Shown piece after piece: positions 9,802-18,842 of a stretch of 64,000 bases of DNA. The stretch spans positions 693-64,692 of the forward strand of contig JBAZQS010000002.1 of NCBI GenBank assembly GCA_041645075.1. The letters are read 5' to 3'. The translations under genes and the position numbers were made by a program. The notes beneath the pieces were generated by a model, which was not told where the DNA came from, made no database searches, and saw only the letters and a list, made by a program, of their open reading frames with translations. Every line of letters starts with the position of its first letter. The stretch's first letter is position 1. The stretch comes from Patescibacteria group bacterium (GTDB taxonomy: Bacteria > Patescibacteriota > Patescibacteriia > 2-01-FULL-39-33).

Positions 9802-11910
9802 ATGCCCGATGGCTCGAATCCGTTAAATTCAAATCAAGAAAATCAAAATATGGATTTACCCTTAAACCCAAAACCAAGTAAAGATAATTTAAAAAAATTG
9901 AATTTTTTTTCTAATTATCCAGCCAATAAAGACAACGGCAGCCAAGGCAAAAAAGGGTCCGCCAGCCGGCGGATTAGATTTTTTAGAAAAGAAGTCAGCA
10001 CCATGCAAGACGACATCGCTAACTTAATCGCCAGCAAAAATCGTAAGGCCGGTAAAAAAAATGGCGTATCAAACCAGCGCCGGGATATTCAAAGGAATTT
10101 AACCGAGGTCTATACGGACGGCGACGGCAAAATTCCCGATTTAACCAAATTAGAAAGAATTCAGCGGCCGCTCTGGAAAACCGTTTTGTATGTTTTAATC
10201 GCGGTCTTAGCTGTTTTACTTGTGGCGGCGATTGCCGGTTTTTACTTTTTCAATAATTTAAATAATCAGGATGCCTTTACCAATGAGAAAGTGGCTTTAA
10301 AAATTGAAACGCCGATCGCCATTGTTTCCGGCCAGGAAATGGTTTATACCATCACCATCACCAATAAGGAAAAAGTCAATTTATATAATGCCGAATTGGA
10401 ACTTTTTTATCCTGATAATTTTGAATATGTCTCGGCCGAGCCGGTCGCCCTGGGCGATAAGAAAAATACTTGGGATTTTGCGGTTATTAAAACCGGGGAA
10501 ACCCAGAAAATCCAATTAACCGGAAAAATTTTAGCGCCCCTCAATTCCACCCAAACCATCAAGGGCACGTTAAATTTTAAGCCCTCTAATTTAAACGCGA
10601 CCTTCAAGCAGGAGGCCATTGTTGATGTCGTGGTCTCGGCTTCAAATATTAGTTTGGATGTTACGGGTCCGGAAAAGACCTTAGCCAACCAGAAAGTGGA
10701 ATATGTTATAAAATATAAAAATACCGGCCAAGACGATTTATCCGACTTACAGTTGGTGGCGGAGTATCCGGACGGATTTGTTTTTAATTCTTCCGACCCC
10801 GAGCCCCAAAACGATAATGGCAATAATAATGTGTGGGCGATAAAGGCCTTAAAACAAAATGCGGAAGGGCAATTGAAAATAAAAGGAGATTATTCCGCGG
10901 TCCAAACCGGCGGCAACCGCGATTTCAAAGTTCGCGTTCAATTAAAAAAAGATAATGATTATTATCCGCAAAGCGAAACGTCTTTCGTGACCACGATTAT
11001 TAAAGACCAATTATCTTTGCAGTTGATTATTAACGGTTCGGCCGAAGACCAGCCGATTAATTTTGATGACCTGCTTGTTTATTCTTTGAGTTTTAAAAAT
11101 ACCGGACAGGAAGAACTGAAAGACATAAAAATTTTCGCTAATATGAATTCGCAGATTTTGGATTGGAATACTTTAAAAGACGACCGTCGCGGTTCAAGAT
11201 CGCAGAATTCCATTGTTTGGACGGGCAAAGAAGCGCCCAAATTGTTGAAATTGGCGCCGGGCGAAGAGGGCCAGATTAACTGGAGCATTAGAGTCAAGGA
11301 TTCATCGGTCATTAATGATAAAAATGTAAATAAATTCAATGTAGAGAGTTATATTGAAGGCCGGGCCAGTCAAAGCGGCGAGGCCAGCGGCGAATCAATA
11401 GTAAAAAGCAAAACCGTGGTTAATGCCATAAATTCCGATTTGGGCTTAAATGCTTACGCGCGTTATTATGATGAAGATAATATGGCCTTGGGCGCGGGCC
11501 CGATTCAGCCAACCGTTGGGGAAAAATCCAGTTATAATATCAAATTGGAATTAGCCAATAATTTGCATGATGTTAAGGATTTGCTGGTGGTGGCAACTTT
11601 GCCGAAAGGCGCGGAGTGGGCCGGCCAAGAAACACACACGGCCGGGGATTTGAATTTTAATCAGCAAGCAAAAAAGATAACCTGGACGATTTCTCGTCTC
11701 GCTAAATCAGCCAATAAGGTGGCTGCGACATTTAATGTCGGCCTTAACCCTGGCGATGATGATTTCGGCAAGGTCTTAATTTTAATTTCGGAAATTCAAT
11801 TGACGGGCAAAGACGCGGAAACCGGAGCCGATATCAGCAAGTCATTAAAAGCCATCACCACTTCTTTTGATGACCCGATTTTAGGTCAGGTGAGCGGGAT
11901 AGTGAAATAA
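9802..11910 (+). CDS. Surface protein with DUF11-type repeats, N-terminal TM anchor
   Basis: Repeated segments such as YTITITNKEKVNLYNAELELFYPDNFEYVSAEP and YVIKYKNTGQDDLSDLQLVAEYPDGFVFNSSDP. Confidence 0.6.
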   Translation: MPDGSNPLNSNQENQNMDLPLNPKPSKDNLKKLNFFSNYPANKDNGSQGKKGSASRRIRFFRKEVSTMQDDIANLIASKNRKAGKKNGVSNQRRDIQRNLTEVYTDGDGKIPDLTKLERIQRPLWKTVLYVLIAVLAVLLVAAIAGFYFFNNLNNQDAFTNEKVALKIETPIAIVSGQEMVYTITITNKEKVNLYNAELELFYPDNFEYVSAEPVALGDKKNTWDFAVIKTGETQKIQLTGKILAPLNSTQTIKGTLNFKPSNLNATFKQEAIVDVVVSASNISLDVTGPEKTLANQKVEYVIKYKNTGQDDLSDLQLVAEYPDGFVFNSSDPEPQNDNGNNNVWAIKALKQNAEGQLKIKGDYSAVQTGGNRDFKVRVQLKKDNDYYPQSETSFVTTIIKDQLSLQLIINGSAEDQPINFDDLLVYSLSFKNTGQEELKDIKIFANMNSQILDWNTLKDDRRGSRSQNSIVWTGKEAPKLLKLAPGEEGQINWSIRVKDSSVINDKNVNKFNVESYIEGRASQSGEASGESIVKSKTVVNAINSDLGLNAYARYYDEDNMALGAGPIQPTVGEKSSYNIKLELANNLHDVKDLLVVATLPKGAEWAGQETHTAGDLNFNQQAKKITWTISRLAKSANKVAATFNVGLNPGDDDFGKVLILISEIQLTGKDAETGADISKSLKAITTSFDDPILGQVSGIVK

Positions 11911-11912
11911 TT

Positions 11913-13112
11913 TTGAATATGTTCCAACTCTTGAAACAGTCAAAAAAATCATCAGCGCGGCTGGGCAAGATTAAAACTATCCACGGCGAAATACAGACGC
12001 CGTTTTTTATGCCTGACGCGACCCGGGGTTTTGTCAAGTCAATTGACAATAAAGAGTTGGCGGCGGTAGGCACAGAAGCGATGGTAATAAATACGCTTCA
12101 TTTATATTTACAGCCGGGCACCAAAGTCATCAAAAAAGCCGGCCTGTCTGCCGGAACTTCAGCGCAGGCAGGCGGCGTTCATAAATTTATGAATTGGCCC
12201 GGCTTATTGCTTTCCGACAGCGGCGGTTTTCAGGTTTATTCTTTAATCCACCAAAGCCAGGAGCTCGGTAAGATTTACGATGATAAGGTTATTTTTAAAT
12301 CCTCATTAGACGGTTCAAAACATATTTTAACGCCGGAAAAATCAATTCAAATTCAATTTGATTTGGGCGCGGATATGATGGTTTGCCTTGATGATTGTCC
12401 GCCCAATGATTTTCACAGAAAGGACTTAGAAAAATCAGTCGCCAGAACAATTGTCTGGGCCAAGCGCTGCCGCCGGGAATTTGACAAGCAAATTAAAAAA
12501 AGAAAATTAACCGGTTTATCAAAACCGTTATTATTTAGCGTGATTCAGGGCGGCGCCGAACTGGACTTGAGAAAAAAATGCGCTGAAGCGCTGATTAAAA
12601 TCGGATTTGACGGCTATGGTTTTGGCGCCAGGCCGGTAGATAAAAAAGGCGGATTTTTAGGCGGGGTCTTAAAATTTACCGCTGATTTAATTCCCAAAAA
12701 TGCTTTGCGATTTGCCCTTGGCATCGGCCGGCCCGAAGATATTTTAAGATGCGTTCAAATGGGCTGGGATATGTTTGATTGCGTGATTCCGACCAGAGAA
12801 GCGAGGCATGGACGATTATATGTCTGGAAAAATTCAAAGCTTGTCCCCGACTCCGATCGGGGATTCCAAACTTGTCCTCGCCGAGGCGGGTATTCCAAAT
12901 TTTATTGTACTATAAATATTTCCAATTCAAAATATAAGTCGGATTTTACGCCCATAAACGGCATGAATCTAAAAAATTATTCTAAAGCGTATTTACACCA
13001 CCTCTTTAAAGTTGGCGACCCGTTGGCTATGCGATTGGCCACTTTAAATAACTTAAATTTCTATTCAACATTAATGTCTAATATTAGGCGGGAAATTAAT
13101 GAAGTTTGCTAA
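11913..13112 (+). CDS. tgt: Queuine tRNA-ribosyltransferase (tRNA-guanine transglycosylase), atypical
   Basis: TIHGEIQTPFFMPDATRGF and LLSDSGGFQVYSL core motifs; the C-terminal YSKAYLHHL block is present but the CxCxxC zinc motif is absent. Confidence 0.8.
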   Translation: MNMFQLLKQSKKSSARLGKIKTIHGEIQTPFFMPDATRGFVKSIDNKELAAVGTEAMVINTLHLYLQPGTKVIKKAGLSAGTSAQAGGVHKFMNWPGLLLSDSGGFQVYSLIHQSQELGKIYDDKVIFKSSLDGSKHILTPEKSIQIQFDLGADMMVCLDDCPPNDFHRKDLEKSVARTIVWAKRCRREFDKQIKKRKLTGLSKPLLFSVIQGGAELDLRKKCAEALIKIGFDGYGFGARPVDKKGGFLGGVLKFTADLIPKNALRFALGIGRPEDILRCVQMGWDMFDCVIPTREARHGRLYVWKNSKLVPDSDRGFQTCPRRGGYSKFYCTINISNSKYKSDFTPINGMNLKNYSKAYLHHLFKVGDPLAMRLATLNNLNFYSTLMSNIRREINEVC

Positions 13113-13172
13113 GCCACTTCCATTGACAGAAGAATTTTAATCGTTTACCATATAAACCAAGGAGGGGAAAAA

Positions 13173-13493
13173 ATGAGATGGTGGCAAAACCATCTCAACA
13201 GACAATTAAAAGAGGAGGGGACTCTAATGAAAGTTGATGGCAAAACAGAATATCGGCCCGGTGATGTTGACTGGGAAAAATACCGCCGTTTCTGGTTAAA
13301 CCAAAAAGTTAAATTGCTTAATTCGGGCTTTGATCCCGGTCAGCTCGCGACGATCATAAAAGTGGTAAAAAACCAAAAAGGACTCCCGCTTTTTTGGCTC
13401 GCCCTCGATCGTTTAGGCGGCGGCAACCAGACGGTGGTGATGAGGAAAAATTTTGAACCCATTGAAGAAGAAATGGGAGAGAAAAATGACTAA
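13173..13493 (+). CDS. Hypothetical protein
   Basis: ORF with AAGGAGGGG RBS. Confidence 0.5.
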   Translation: MRWWQNHLNRQLKEEGTLMKVDGKTEYRPGDVDWEKYRRFWLNQKVKLLNSGFDPGQLATIIKVVKNQKGLPLFWLALDRLGGGNQTVVMRKNFEPIEEEMGEKND

Positions 13494-13638
13494 TATCCAG
13501 GAGGGAAAAAAATGTCAACGTGGCCGATATCAGAGAAATGCCGCCTTTAGTGATTAAAAAAACTAAAATGGCGGCATTTTCACATTAAAATGGCTACAAA
13601 ACTATCTCGTTAGCGTTTTTCCTGATATAATAGAGACG

Positions 13639-14715
13639 ATGGAAACAATAAATCTAATATATTTATTGGCGATTATAAGTAGTTTTCTGCTGACTTTAAT
13701 TTTGACGCCATTTATTAAGGGACTGGCCTTGAAATACAATATCACGGATAAGCCGGGCGCGGACAGAAAAATACACCACAAGCCAATTCCGCTTTTAGGC
13801 GGCTTGGCCATATTTATTTCTACCTCAATGGTGATTTTTGTCTTTCGTTGGCTGGGGTTGGCGAATTTTTCTCAAATTCCGGATAAATTTTTAATCAGTG
13901 TTTTTTTAGCGGGTTTAATATTAATGGTTGGCGGCTTTTTGGATGATAAGTATAATTTAAGGCCCGGCCAACAAATTATTTTTCCCATGATCGCGGTGGC
14001 CCTGGTTTTGGTTTCCGGAATACAGATTACCTATATCACCAATCCGATCGGCAACGCCAGTAATGCGATTATATATTTATCGCCGGTCATCGGCCTCATC
14101 CTGTCTTTTTTGTGGTTGATGGGCATGATGTATACGACCAAATTTTTAGACGGCTTGGATGGCTTAGTGGCCGGTATGGCCATTATCGCCGGCCTGATTA
14201 TTTTTTTAATCGGCCTGGATTGGGATGTGGCCAGGTCGGCGACAGGCGTTTGGGCTTTGGCTCTGATCGGCGGTGCCGCCGCTTTTTTAATTTTCAATTG
14301 GCATCCGGCAAAAGTTTTTTTAGGCGAAGGCGGCAGCATCTGGCTGGGATTTATTCTGGGCGTTTTATCCATTATCACCGGTTCTAAAATCGCGACCACC
14401 CTTTTAGTGGTCGGCATTCCGGCGCTTGATGTTTTATGGGTAGTCATCAGGCGCGCCGTAAAGCATGAGTCGCCGTTTTCCCACGCGGATAAAAAGCATC
14501 TTCATTATCAATTGTTGAATCTTGGTTTTTCCCATCGGGGCGCGGTTTTATTCCTGTGCTTAATCGCCCTGACCTTTGGTTCGTTAGGAATTTTTACCAA
14601 TAGCCGAGGCAAATTAACTGGATTGATATTTTTATTTATTTTAATGATGCTCTCGGCCCTGGCCATTTATTTAAAATCAAAAAGAAATGAATCAACCAAC
14701 ATTGACCACCCATAA
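13639..14715 (+). CDS. Polyprenol-phosphate HexNAc-1-phosphate transferase (WecA/TagO/MraY family, GT4)
   Basis: RKIHHKPIPLLGGLAIF and TKFLDGLDGLVAG motifs; multi-TM. Confidence 0.8.
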   Translation: METINLIYLLAIISSFLLTLILTPFIKGLALKYNITDKPGADRKIHHKPIPLLGGLAIFISTSMVIFVFRWLGLANFSQIPDKFLISVFLAGLILMVGGFLDDKYNLRPGQQIIFPMIAVALVLVSGIQITYITNPIGNASNAIIYLSPVIGLILSFLWLMGMMYTTKFLDGLDGLVAGMAIIAGLIIFLIGLDWDVARSATGVWALALIGGAAAFLIFNWHPAKVFLGEGGSIWLGFILGVLSIITGSKIATTLLVVGIPALDVLWVVIRRAVKHESPFSHADKKHLHYQLLNLGFSHRGAVLFLCLIALTFGSLGIFTNSRGKLTGLIFLFILMMLSALAIYLKSKRNESTNIDHP

Positions 14716-15172
14716 AATCTCGGTCAAAATTTTTGTAAAAATTTTAATTGTCGCGCTCATCGCGAGCATTGCTTTTTTTGGCCTCGCTTATTTTATCAAT
14801 TCGGCTAACCGCCAAGCCGTCATCATTAATAATAAAAAAATTTTAGTTGATGTTGTTAAAACCGAGGCGGAGATGGCCAGGGGTTTGGGCGGGCGCCGGA
14901 ATTTGCCGGAAAACCGCGGCCTGCTTTTTGCTTATGATGGTTATTATGTCCCCAAATTCTGGATGAAAGATATGCGGTTTTCCATAGACATAATTTGGAT
15001 TAAGGACAAGATGGTTGTCGGCTTTGAAAAAAACACGCCGGTATCAAATCAAAACCCCTTGCCGACTTATCAGCCCAAAGATTTTGTAAATTACGTTTTA
15101 GAAGTAAATGCCGGCTTTGTGGATAAGAATCAGATAAAGATAGGGGATAGGGTGGAAATCAGACAGCATTAA
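14687..15172 (+). CDS. DUF192-family protein
   Basis: N-terminal TM; LLFAYDGYY...FWMKDMRFSIDIIWI pattern. Confidence 0.6.
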   Translation: MNQPTLTTHKISVKIFVKILIVALIASIAFFGLAYFINSANRQAVIINNKKILVDVVKTEAEMARGLGGRRNLPENRGLLFAYDGYYVPKFWMKDMRFSIDIIWIKDKMVVGFEKNTPVSNQNPLPTYQPKDFVNYVLEVNAGFVDKNQIKIGDRVEIRQH

Positions 15173-15264
15173 AACACGAAAACACGAAAACAATAAAACA
15201 AATATATTTGACTATTTTTAAAATTTAAGCTAAGATTATTTTTACGATCAATAACATTTAAATT

Positions 15265-15567
15265 ATGAAATTTGCAGTCATTAAGACCGGCGGTAAACAA
15301 TACGTGGTCAAAGAAAAAGATAAAATTAAAGTGGAAAAATTAAAAGCCGCGGCCGGGGAAGATGTTAATTTTGAGACATTGCTTATTGCCGATGGTGAAA
15401 AACTGGAAATCGGTTCACCAATTCTTTCTGAAAGGGTTACGGGCAAAATAATCAAAGAAGGCAGAAACAGAAAAGTGGTCGGCGTTAAATATAAGCCAAA
15501 AACCAGAGAGCATAAAAAATTCGGCCATCGTCAGTATTATACGGAAGTGGAAATAAATAAAATTTAA
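15265..15567 (+). CDS. rplU: 50S ribosomal protein L21
   Basis: MKFAVIKTGGKQYVV start and HRQYYTEVEI C-terminus. Confidence 0.9.
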   Translation: MKFAVIKTGGKQYVVKEKDKIKVEKLKAAAGEDVNFETLLIADGEKLEIGSPILSERVTGKIIKEGRNRKVVGVKYKPKTREHKKFGHRQYYTEVEINKI

Positions 15568-15583
15568 GATTTATTTTTAAAAA

Positions 15584-15607
15584 ACACCCCCAATGGTGTT
15601 TTTTTGA
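15584..15607. terminator. Bidirectional rho-independent terminator between rplU and recR
   Basis: acaccccc-aat-ggtgt hairpin followed by a T-run. Confidence 0.6.
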
Positions 15608-16207
15608 TTACAATTCTTGCCGGCTTTTAAGGGCGTTTTCCAATGTTATTTCATCGGCATATTCCAGGTCGGCGCCCATGGGCAGGCCGCGCGCCAAGCG
15701 GGTGATTTTTAAATTTTTAAATTGTTTTAAAAGTTTAGTCAGATAAAGCGAGGTGGTTTCGCCCGGCAAATCAGGATTCAGCGCCAAGATTATTTCATTG
15801 ATACTATTATTTTTTATCCTTTCTACTAAGTCATTGATTTTTATGTTTTCCGGCTTAATGTCTTCTAAGGGATTTATATTGCCCCCTAAAATATGGTAGA
15901 CTCCGTCATAGCGGTTGATTTTTTCAATCGCGGTTAAGTCCTGCGGCTTGGCGACCACGCAAATTATTTTTTGGTTTCGCCGGTGGTCGGCGCAGATATG
16001 GCAAGGATTAGTTTCGGAGAAATTAAAACAAACGGAGCAGATTTTAATATTTTCTTTCAGGTGTTCAAGCGCTTCGCCAAACTGGTTTAATTCTGATTGC
16101 GGCCGATATAATAAATAAAAAACCAATCGCTCGGCGGTTTTTGGGCCGATGCTTGGCAATTTGGCAAATTGATTGATTAAATTTTGGATTATTTTAGGAT
16201 AACTCAT
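15608..16207 (-). CDS. recR: Recombination protein RecR
   Basis: C4 zinc finger CSVCFNFSETNPCHIC and a Toprim region. Confidence 0.9.
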   Translation of the reverse strand: MSYPKIIQNLINQFAKLPSIGPKTAERLVFYLLYRPQSELNQFGEALEHLKENIKICSVCFNFSETNPCHICADHRRNQKIICVVAKPQDLTAIEKINRYDGVYHILGGNINPLEDIKPENIKINDLVERIKNNSINEIILALNPDLPGETTSLYLTKLLKQFKNLKITRLARGLPMGADLEYADEITLENALKSRQEL

Positions 16208-16299
16208 TGATTTGATTTATAACCGCGATTATAAATTTTAATTTTTAGTTATTTACCGCTCCAATTGACCGCCCATTGACAATAATATTTTTACCTGAT

Positions 16300-16760
16300 A
16301 ATATATTAATAACATTTATTGAACTTTAGAATTTGGGAAACGCAAGCGAGTCCGCCACATTAAGTCCAGTTGGCTGGGAATTTGATGACGAGCGCACACC
16401 ACTAATCATCGGAAATTCCCAATGAACGCGATAAATAGTGGTAATCCGTTCTTGCCACTTAACCTGGCCGTGGCCTATTCACATTCTGCGCTTGCCCAAA
16501 AGGGCTCCGGTCAATCTCTCTTTGGGGAGTTCGTCGGGATTGACTGGAGCCCACCAAAATCCCGTCCGGGTTTCAGTGAGGACATGTTTTGCCGGCGACT
16601 CGGCCCTGGGTGCTCTTGGGCACTCGTGGGCAAATGAGAGGGGGTTTTTCTCCACCCCCCAACCTCAAAGCTGCTCGCTCAAAACCCCTGTCTTCCATCA
16701 TTCCCGGGGGGGCGCCCTGCCAACAGTACTTGAAAAATCAAGATGTTGGCAGGGCTTTTA
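16300..16760. ncRNA. Unidentified GC-rich, hairpin-dense structured region (candidate structured RNA; strand unknown)
   Basis: GC far above the flanks. Perfect long stems: gggctccggtcaatc...gattgactggagccc, gggaatttgatga...tcatcggaaattccc. The overlapping + ORFs look like nonsense. Confidence 0.35.
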
Positions 16761-16817
16761 ATTTTGTAGGCCGGGAAATTCAATCCGCAATTGAAAATTT
16801 ATATTTAAGTTTTAAAA

Positions 16818-18200
16818 TTATGGCGCCATCTCAATATTTTTTCCCAAATTTTTAAAGCTCACTAAATCCTCATTAAAATATAATTTAATCACCCCGGTCG
16901 GTCCATTTCTGTGTTTGGCAATATGGATTTCCGCGATATGTTTTTCCTCCTCTGATAAAGAATTTAAGTCATAACCGCGGTCGGCGGATTTTCTGTAAAT
17001 AAACATGACCACATCCGCGTCCTGTTCAATAGAGCCGGATTCTCTCAAATGGGACAACTTCGGAATGGCCGGATGGCTGGCTTCCACGGCGCGGTTAAGC
17101 TGGGATATGGCCAAAACCGGGACATTTAATTCTCTGGCCACGCCCTTGAGCGAGCGGGATATTTCCGTGATTTCTTGCACCCGATTATCGCCGTGACTGC
17201 TTGACCCCTCCATTAATTGCAGATAATCAATAATAATCAGGTCTAAGCCGTGTTCCATTTGCAGTCGTCTGGCTTTGGTCCTGATTTCCATAATATTGCT
17301 GTTGGCAAAATCGTCAATAAATATCTGGCTTTCCGACAATTCGCTCATGGCGTGGCCGATTTTAGGAAAATCATCACCGCCCTCGGAAAGTTTGCCGGTG
17401 CGCATTTTCCACAGGCCCACGCCCGCCTCGGCGCAAATTAAGCGGTCCACTAATTGCTCTTTTGACATTTCCAAAGAAAATATGCCCACGGCCATTTTAT
17501 TTTTCGTGGCCACGTGTCTGGCGATATCAAGCGCCAAAGAGGTTTTTCCCACCGACGGCCTGGATGCCAAGATTAGCAAATCAGATTTTTGCATGCCGGC
17601 CAAAAGGTTGTCTAAATCCGTAAAGCCCGTCGGTATGCCTCTTAATTTTCCTTTTTCCCGGTGCAATTCGTCAATGCGGTCAAAAGCGTCTGATAAAATA
17701 TCCTGGATGGGCGTAAATTTTTCTTTCAAATAATTTTGCGAAACGGAAAAAATGGTTTGTTCGGCTTTATCAAGAACTTCGCTCACCTCCCGCTCTTCAT
17801 GATAACTGGTTTCCAGTATTTTGTTGGCCGCCGAAATCAACCTCCTTAAGGTGGATTTTTTTTGAATAATTTTTGCGTAAGAAATGACATGGGCGGCGGA
17901 GGGGACTTGGTTGGTCAGGGAAACCAAATAGCTCCGGCCGCCGATTTTTTCCAATAAATTTTTTTCCTGAAGCCGGCTGGATAAGCTCAAAAGGTCAATT
18001 TCCTCTTTCCGCTCAAATAAGTCCAAAATTGTTTCAAAAATAATATTATGATTTTCTGAATAAAAATCGCCCGCCTTGAGCAGGTCGGCGATTTTAATAA
18101 TCGCGTCCTTATCAATCAATAAGGCGCCCAATAAAGATTGCTCGGCTTCAATGTTTTGCGGGGGTAATTTTTCCACTAAATTTCGGGTATTGTCCGGCAT
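16818..18200 (-). CDS. dnaB: Replicative DNA helicase DnaB
   Basis: N-terminal QNIEAEQSLLGALLIDKDAI; Walker A/B region. Confidence 0.9.
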   Translation of the reverse strand: MPDNTRNLVEKLPPQNIEAEQSLLGALLIDKDAIIKIADLLKAGDFYSENHNIIFETILDLFERKEEIDLLSLSSRLQEKNLLEKIGGRSYLVSLTNQVPSAAHVISYAKIIQKKSTLRRLISAANKILETSYHEEREVSEVLDKAEQTIFSVSQNYLKEKFTPIQDILSDAFDRIDELHREKGKLRGIPTGFTDLDNLLAGMQKSDLLILASRPSVGKTSLALDIARHVATKNKMAVGIFSLEMSKEQLVDRLICAEAGVGLWKMRTGKLSEGGDDFPKIGHAMSELSESQIFIDDFANSNIMEIRTKARRLQMEHGLDLIIIDYLQLMEGSSSHGDNRVQEITEISRSLKGVARELNVPVLAISQLNRAVEASHPAIPKLSHLRESGSIEQDADVVMFIYRKSADRGYDLNSLSEEEKHIAEIHIAKHRNGPTGVIKLYFNEDLVSFKNLGKNIEMAP

Positions 18201-18361
18201 AGATATTTCATTCTGGCTAATTTTAATTCTAATGTATTTTAACTAATATATTTTATTTTCGCAAATGGAAGTTTTAAACAGATTATTCACGGATTGTTAG
18301 CCCCCTAAATGTTGCTAAAAATAAATTTATTTGTTATAATATTTTTTGATACTAATAATAA

Positions 18362-18521
18362 GCGCCTATAGCTCAGTCTGGGTCGAGACCGCAGGTCGAG
18401 ACGGGTTGGAAGCGAGGTTAGGAGCGAAGCGACGACGCCGAGAGTCGGACAATCTGCTGGTAGCAGATTGGACGCCAACCCAGGAAGAGCAACAGTATTG
18501 TTTTAAAAATTAATTAAGTCA
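18362..18521 (+). other. tRNA-Lys 5'-fragment duplication interrupted by a 102-nt GC-rich hairpin insert
   Basis: 18362-18381 is identical to the first 20 nt of tRNA-Lys. 18485-18494 (agagcaacag) again matches the tRNA. 18382-18483 is GC-rich with stems such as caatctgct-ggta-agcagattg. Confidence 0.45.
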
Positions 18522-18522
18522 C

Positions 18523-18599
18523 GCGCCTATAGCTCAGTCTGGTAGAGCAACAGCCTTTTAAGCTGATGGTCGCAGGTTCAAATCCTGCTGGGCGCACCA
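18523..18599 (+). tRNA. tRNA-Lys (anticodon TTT), CCA encoded
   Basis: Cloverleaf by hand: acceptor GCGCCTA/TGGGCGC, anticodon loop CTTTTAA, T-loop TTCAAAT. Confidence 0.85.
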
Positions 18600-18648
18600 A
18601 TAAGGAACTTTCTGCCGTTAAGGCGATACTTTTTGTTTTTAATTTTGA

Positions 18649-18684
18649 CATTTGACATTAAAAAATATTAGCGGTATATTTAAA
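18649..18684 (+). promoter_or_regulatory. Sigma70-like promoter candidate (TTGACA-17-TATATT) upstream of ORF 18843
   Basis: ttgacattaaaaaatattagcggtatatt. Confidence 0.4.
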
Positions 18685-18842
18685 GCAGAAACACTGATTT
18701 GAAAACAAAAAAACGAATATAATCAGGGAGTCAGTTCCTTGAAAATTTGTAAATTTAGCCAAAAAGTGGCTAAATTTTTGTTTAAATAAAGCAGAAATAG
18801 GGGTTTGTGAATAACTTTAAAAGAAAGGAGGATTGACAAAAA

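Noticed and set aside
14031-14447. 138-aa minus-strand ORF and 91-aa + ORF inside the WecA-family gene
   Set aside because: They are antisense or off-frame to a well-supported multi-TM transferase gene.
16300-16760. Attempt to call RNase P RNA, tmRNA or SRP RNA here
   Set aside because: I could not locate the RNase P P4 strands (GGAAAGUCCGG / ACAGAA..CCGGCUUA), a tmRNA tag ORF with GGUUCGA-type T-arm ends, or the SRP GGAAGCAGCC motif on either strand. It is kept only as an unidentified structured RNA candidate.
16422-16855. Three overlapping + strand ORFs (71-107 aa) in the GC-rich block
   Set aside because: The translations are low-complexity nonsense and the region is packed with long perfect stems. 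It is better explained as structured RNA.
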